Assembly (NCBI RefSeq): GCF_040938485.1
Contig: NW_027271045.1
Location: 744,001-808,000 of the forward strand
Length of the DNA stretch: 64,000 nt
Reading direction: 5' to 3'
Source: Diadema antillarum
Taxonomy: Eukaryota
The notes beneath the pieces were generated by a model. That model searched no databases and was not told the origin of the DNA. It was given only the letters and a program-made list of their open reading frames with translations. Made by a program: the position numbers and the translations under genes. Of this stretch, positions 62,518 to 64,000 are shown one piece after another. Numbering within the stretch: the first letter of the stretch is position 1; each line of letters opens with the position of its first letter.

Positions 62518-62871
62518 CTGGGGAGAAAGCACATACCACAATTGTAATATAGAGTATAGGAGAGATTTGACTGGTAAAATGCGATTTCATCATTGCCACC
62601 CTACCTTGATAAATATCTAATTTCAAAACGTCTATGACGATATCGTAGGAACACTCAATGAAACTGATCACAGAACCACATACAATTGTAGAATGATAAC
62701 ATGAAAAAAATTGACTACCCTTGTTACATTATATTTGTGCAGTAAAAATGGGAAACGGAATGAATTGGCCGCTTGGAAGATTTTGACATTGTCACTGTCC
62801 GTGTTTCAAAATAAAAGGAGGAAATGGTCATCACAAAACATCAGATAACTTCATCTGTGGTGAAAAATTAA

Positions 62872-63720
62872 GGGCAAGTCCAAGATAACGCGCACGTTAC
62901 GTATGGGACATTCAGAGACTTTTATGACCTGAAAAATAGTGTTAATGGCCTTTGATCATATTGAACTTCATCATGGTGATTGATATCTAGGAGAAGTATA
63001 ATCATGTAAAAAATTGAGAAAAATGACCTTGACAATTATATTCTAGAAGAGAAAATATGTGCCGTTACGTATGGGACCAGAAAAATTTTGTTTTTTTGAA
63101 CATTTTTTTCAACCTCAAAACTCTCTGAAAGTATATCATTCTACAACTTGTAACTCACTGTGATGAAAGTCACAACACTCAAGATTATCACAGGTAAGTT
63201 TCATGTAATTAGGCAAAAAGCTCTAATTATAGGTTCTAATTAAAGACAGACATGACGCGTTACGTATGGGACAGTTACGTATGGGACGGTTTGTCCCCCA
63301 TTCATTTAGTGTGTAAAGAACCATGTTTATGGGTATTTTGCATAATTATTGAAGTAAAATCAGTTGAAACTACTCAAATACTGATCCAGATTGTCAAGGA
63401 AACAATATTCCCCAAATATTCACTATCATAATCATATTCAATCATATTTTTATATATTTATGACCAACTTGGGTATGCATGCCCTTTGTCCCCCATTCGT
63501 TTAGTGTGTGGAGAACCATGTTTATGGGTATTTTGCAAAATAATTTTGCAAAATACCCATAAACAAATTTTTGCATAATTATTGAGGTGGAATCAGTTGA
63601 AATTACTCAAATACTGATCTAGATTGACAAGGAAACAATATTCCCCAGATATTTACCATCATAATCACATTTAATCATATTCTATATTTTTTATGACCAA
63701 CCTTAGTATGTACTGTATGC
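62872..63720. repeat. Unclassified DNA-transposon-like repeat with four TTACGTATGGGAC motifs and a ~200-bp tandem duplication
   Basis: Starts after TTAA (GGGCAAGTCCA). Motif at 62897, 63065, 63260 and 63275. Duplicated units ~63290-63470 and ~63487-63700. Confidence 0.55.
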
Positions 63721-64000
63721 CCTATTTTCATCAGGATAGTTACTACTGAAAAATTGAATAGTTAAGTGTTTACTTCCATTGATGAAGGGCAGTTTGCCAT
63801 TCAGTTTCAATAAAAAACAACTTGACACAAGAAATATCAAGTTTAATAAATAAGCAATACCTGCTGCGTGGAACCCCAGTGATCGAGTAGATATGTGATG
63901 TCTGTCTAGCAGTCAGGTCATTGATTCGAGTCACACCTCAGTATGTATACCCATGAATTTTGTCGTGGCTACTATTGAAAACTGAATAAGGACAATTTGT

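Overview
AT-rich, intron-containing animal genomic DNA. Gene content and repeat types suggest a marine deuterostome, probably an echinoderm such as a sea urchin (inference). There are two 130-N assembly gaps. Left to right: (1) the right-hand part of a decayed CACTA/EnSpm-like DNA transposon (window start to 4107), inserted into ORF2 of a 5'-complete L1/Tx1-clade retrotransposon with open reading frames (4108-~8320, minus); (2) two rolling-stone-like membrane protein paralogs in convergent orientation (9075-10674 plus; 21717-31404 minus) sharing the same intron positions; (3) between them, a spliced tandem death-domain gene (14665-~17619) with a perfect NF-kB-type palindrome upstream and a decayed coding block downstream; (4) a tRNA-derived Deu/Nin-type SINE split by a 1.36 kb TGT...ACA, 5-bp-TSD (Ginger-like) element with internal cargo; (5) a TRIM (RING-Bbox-Bbox-coiled coil) ORF whose C-terminal beta-propeller region is frameshifted and carries a MITE; (6) TRIAP1 (plus, two coding exons) and the last exon of MUL1 (minus), convergent. 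Many MITEs (Harbinger-, Kolobok- and TA-TSD types), SINE fragments and microsatellites fill the rest. The most notable pattern is two immune-type genes (death-domain, TRIM) that keep open N-terminal interaction modules while their C-terminal regions appear decayed. All family assignments come from motif recognition; no database search was run.
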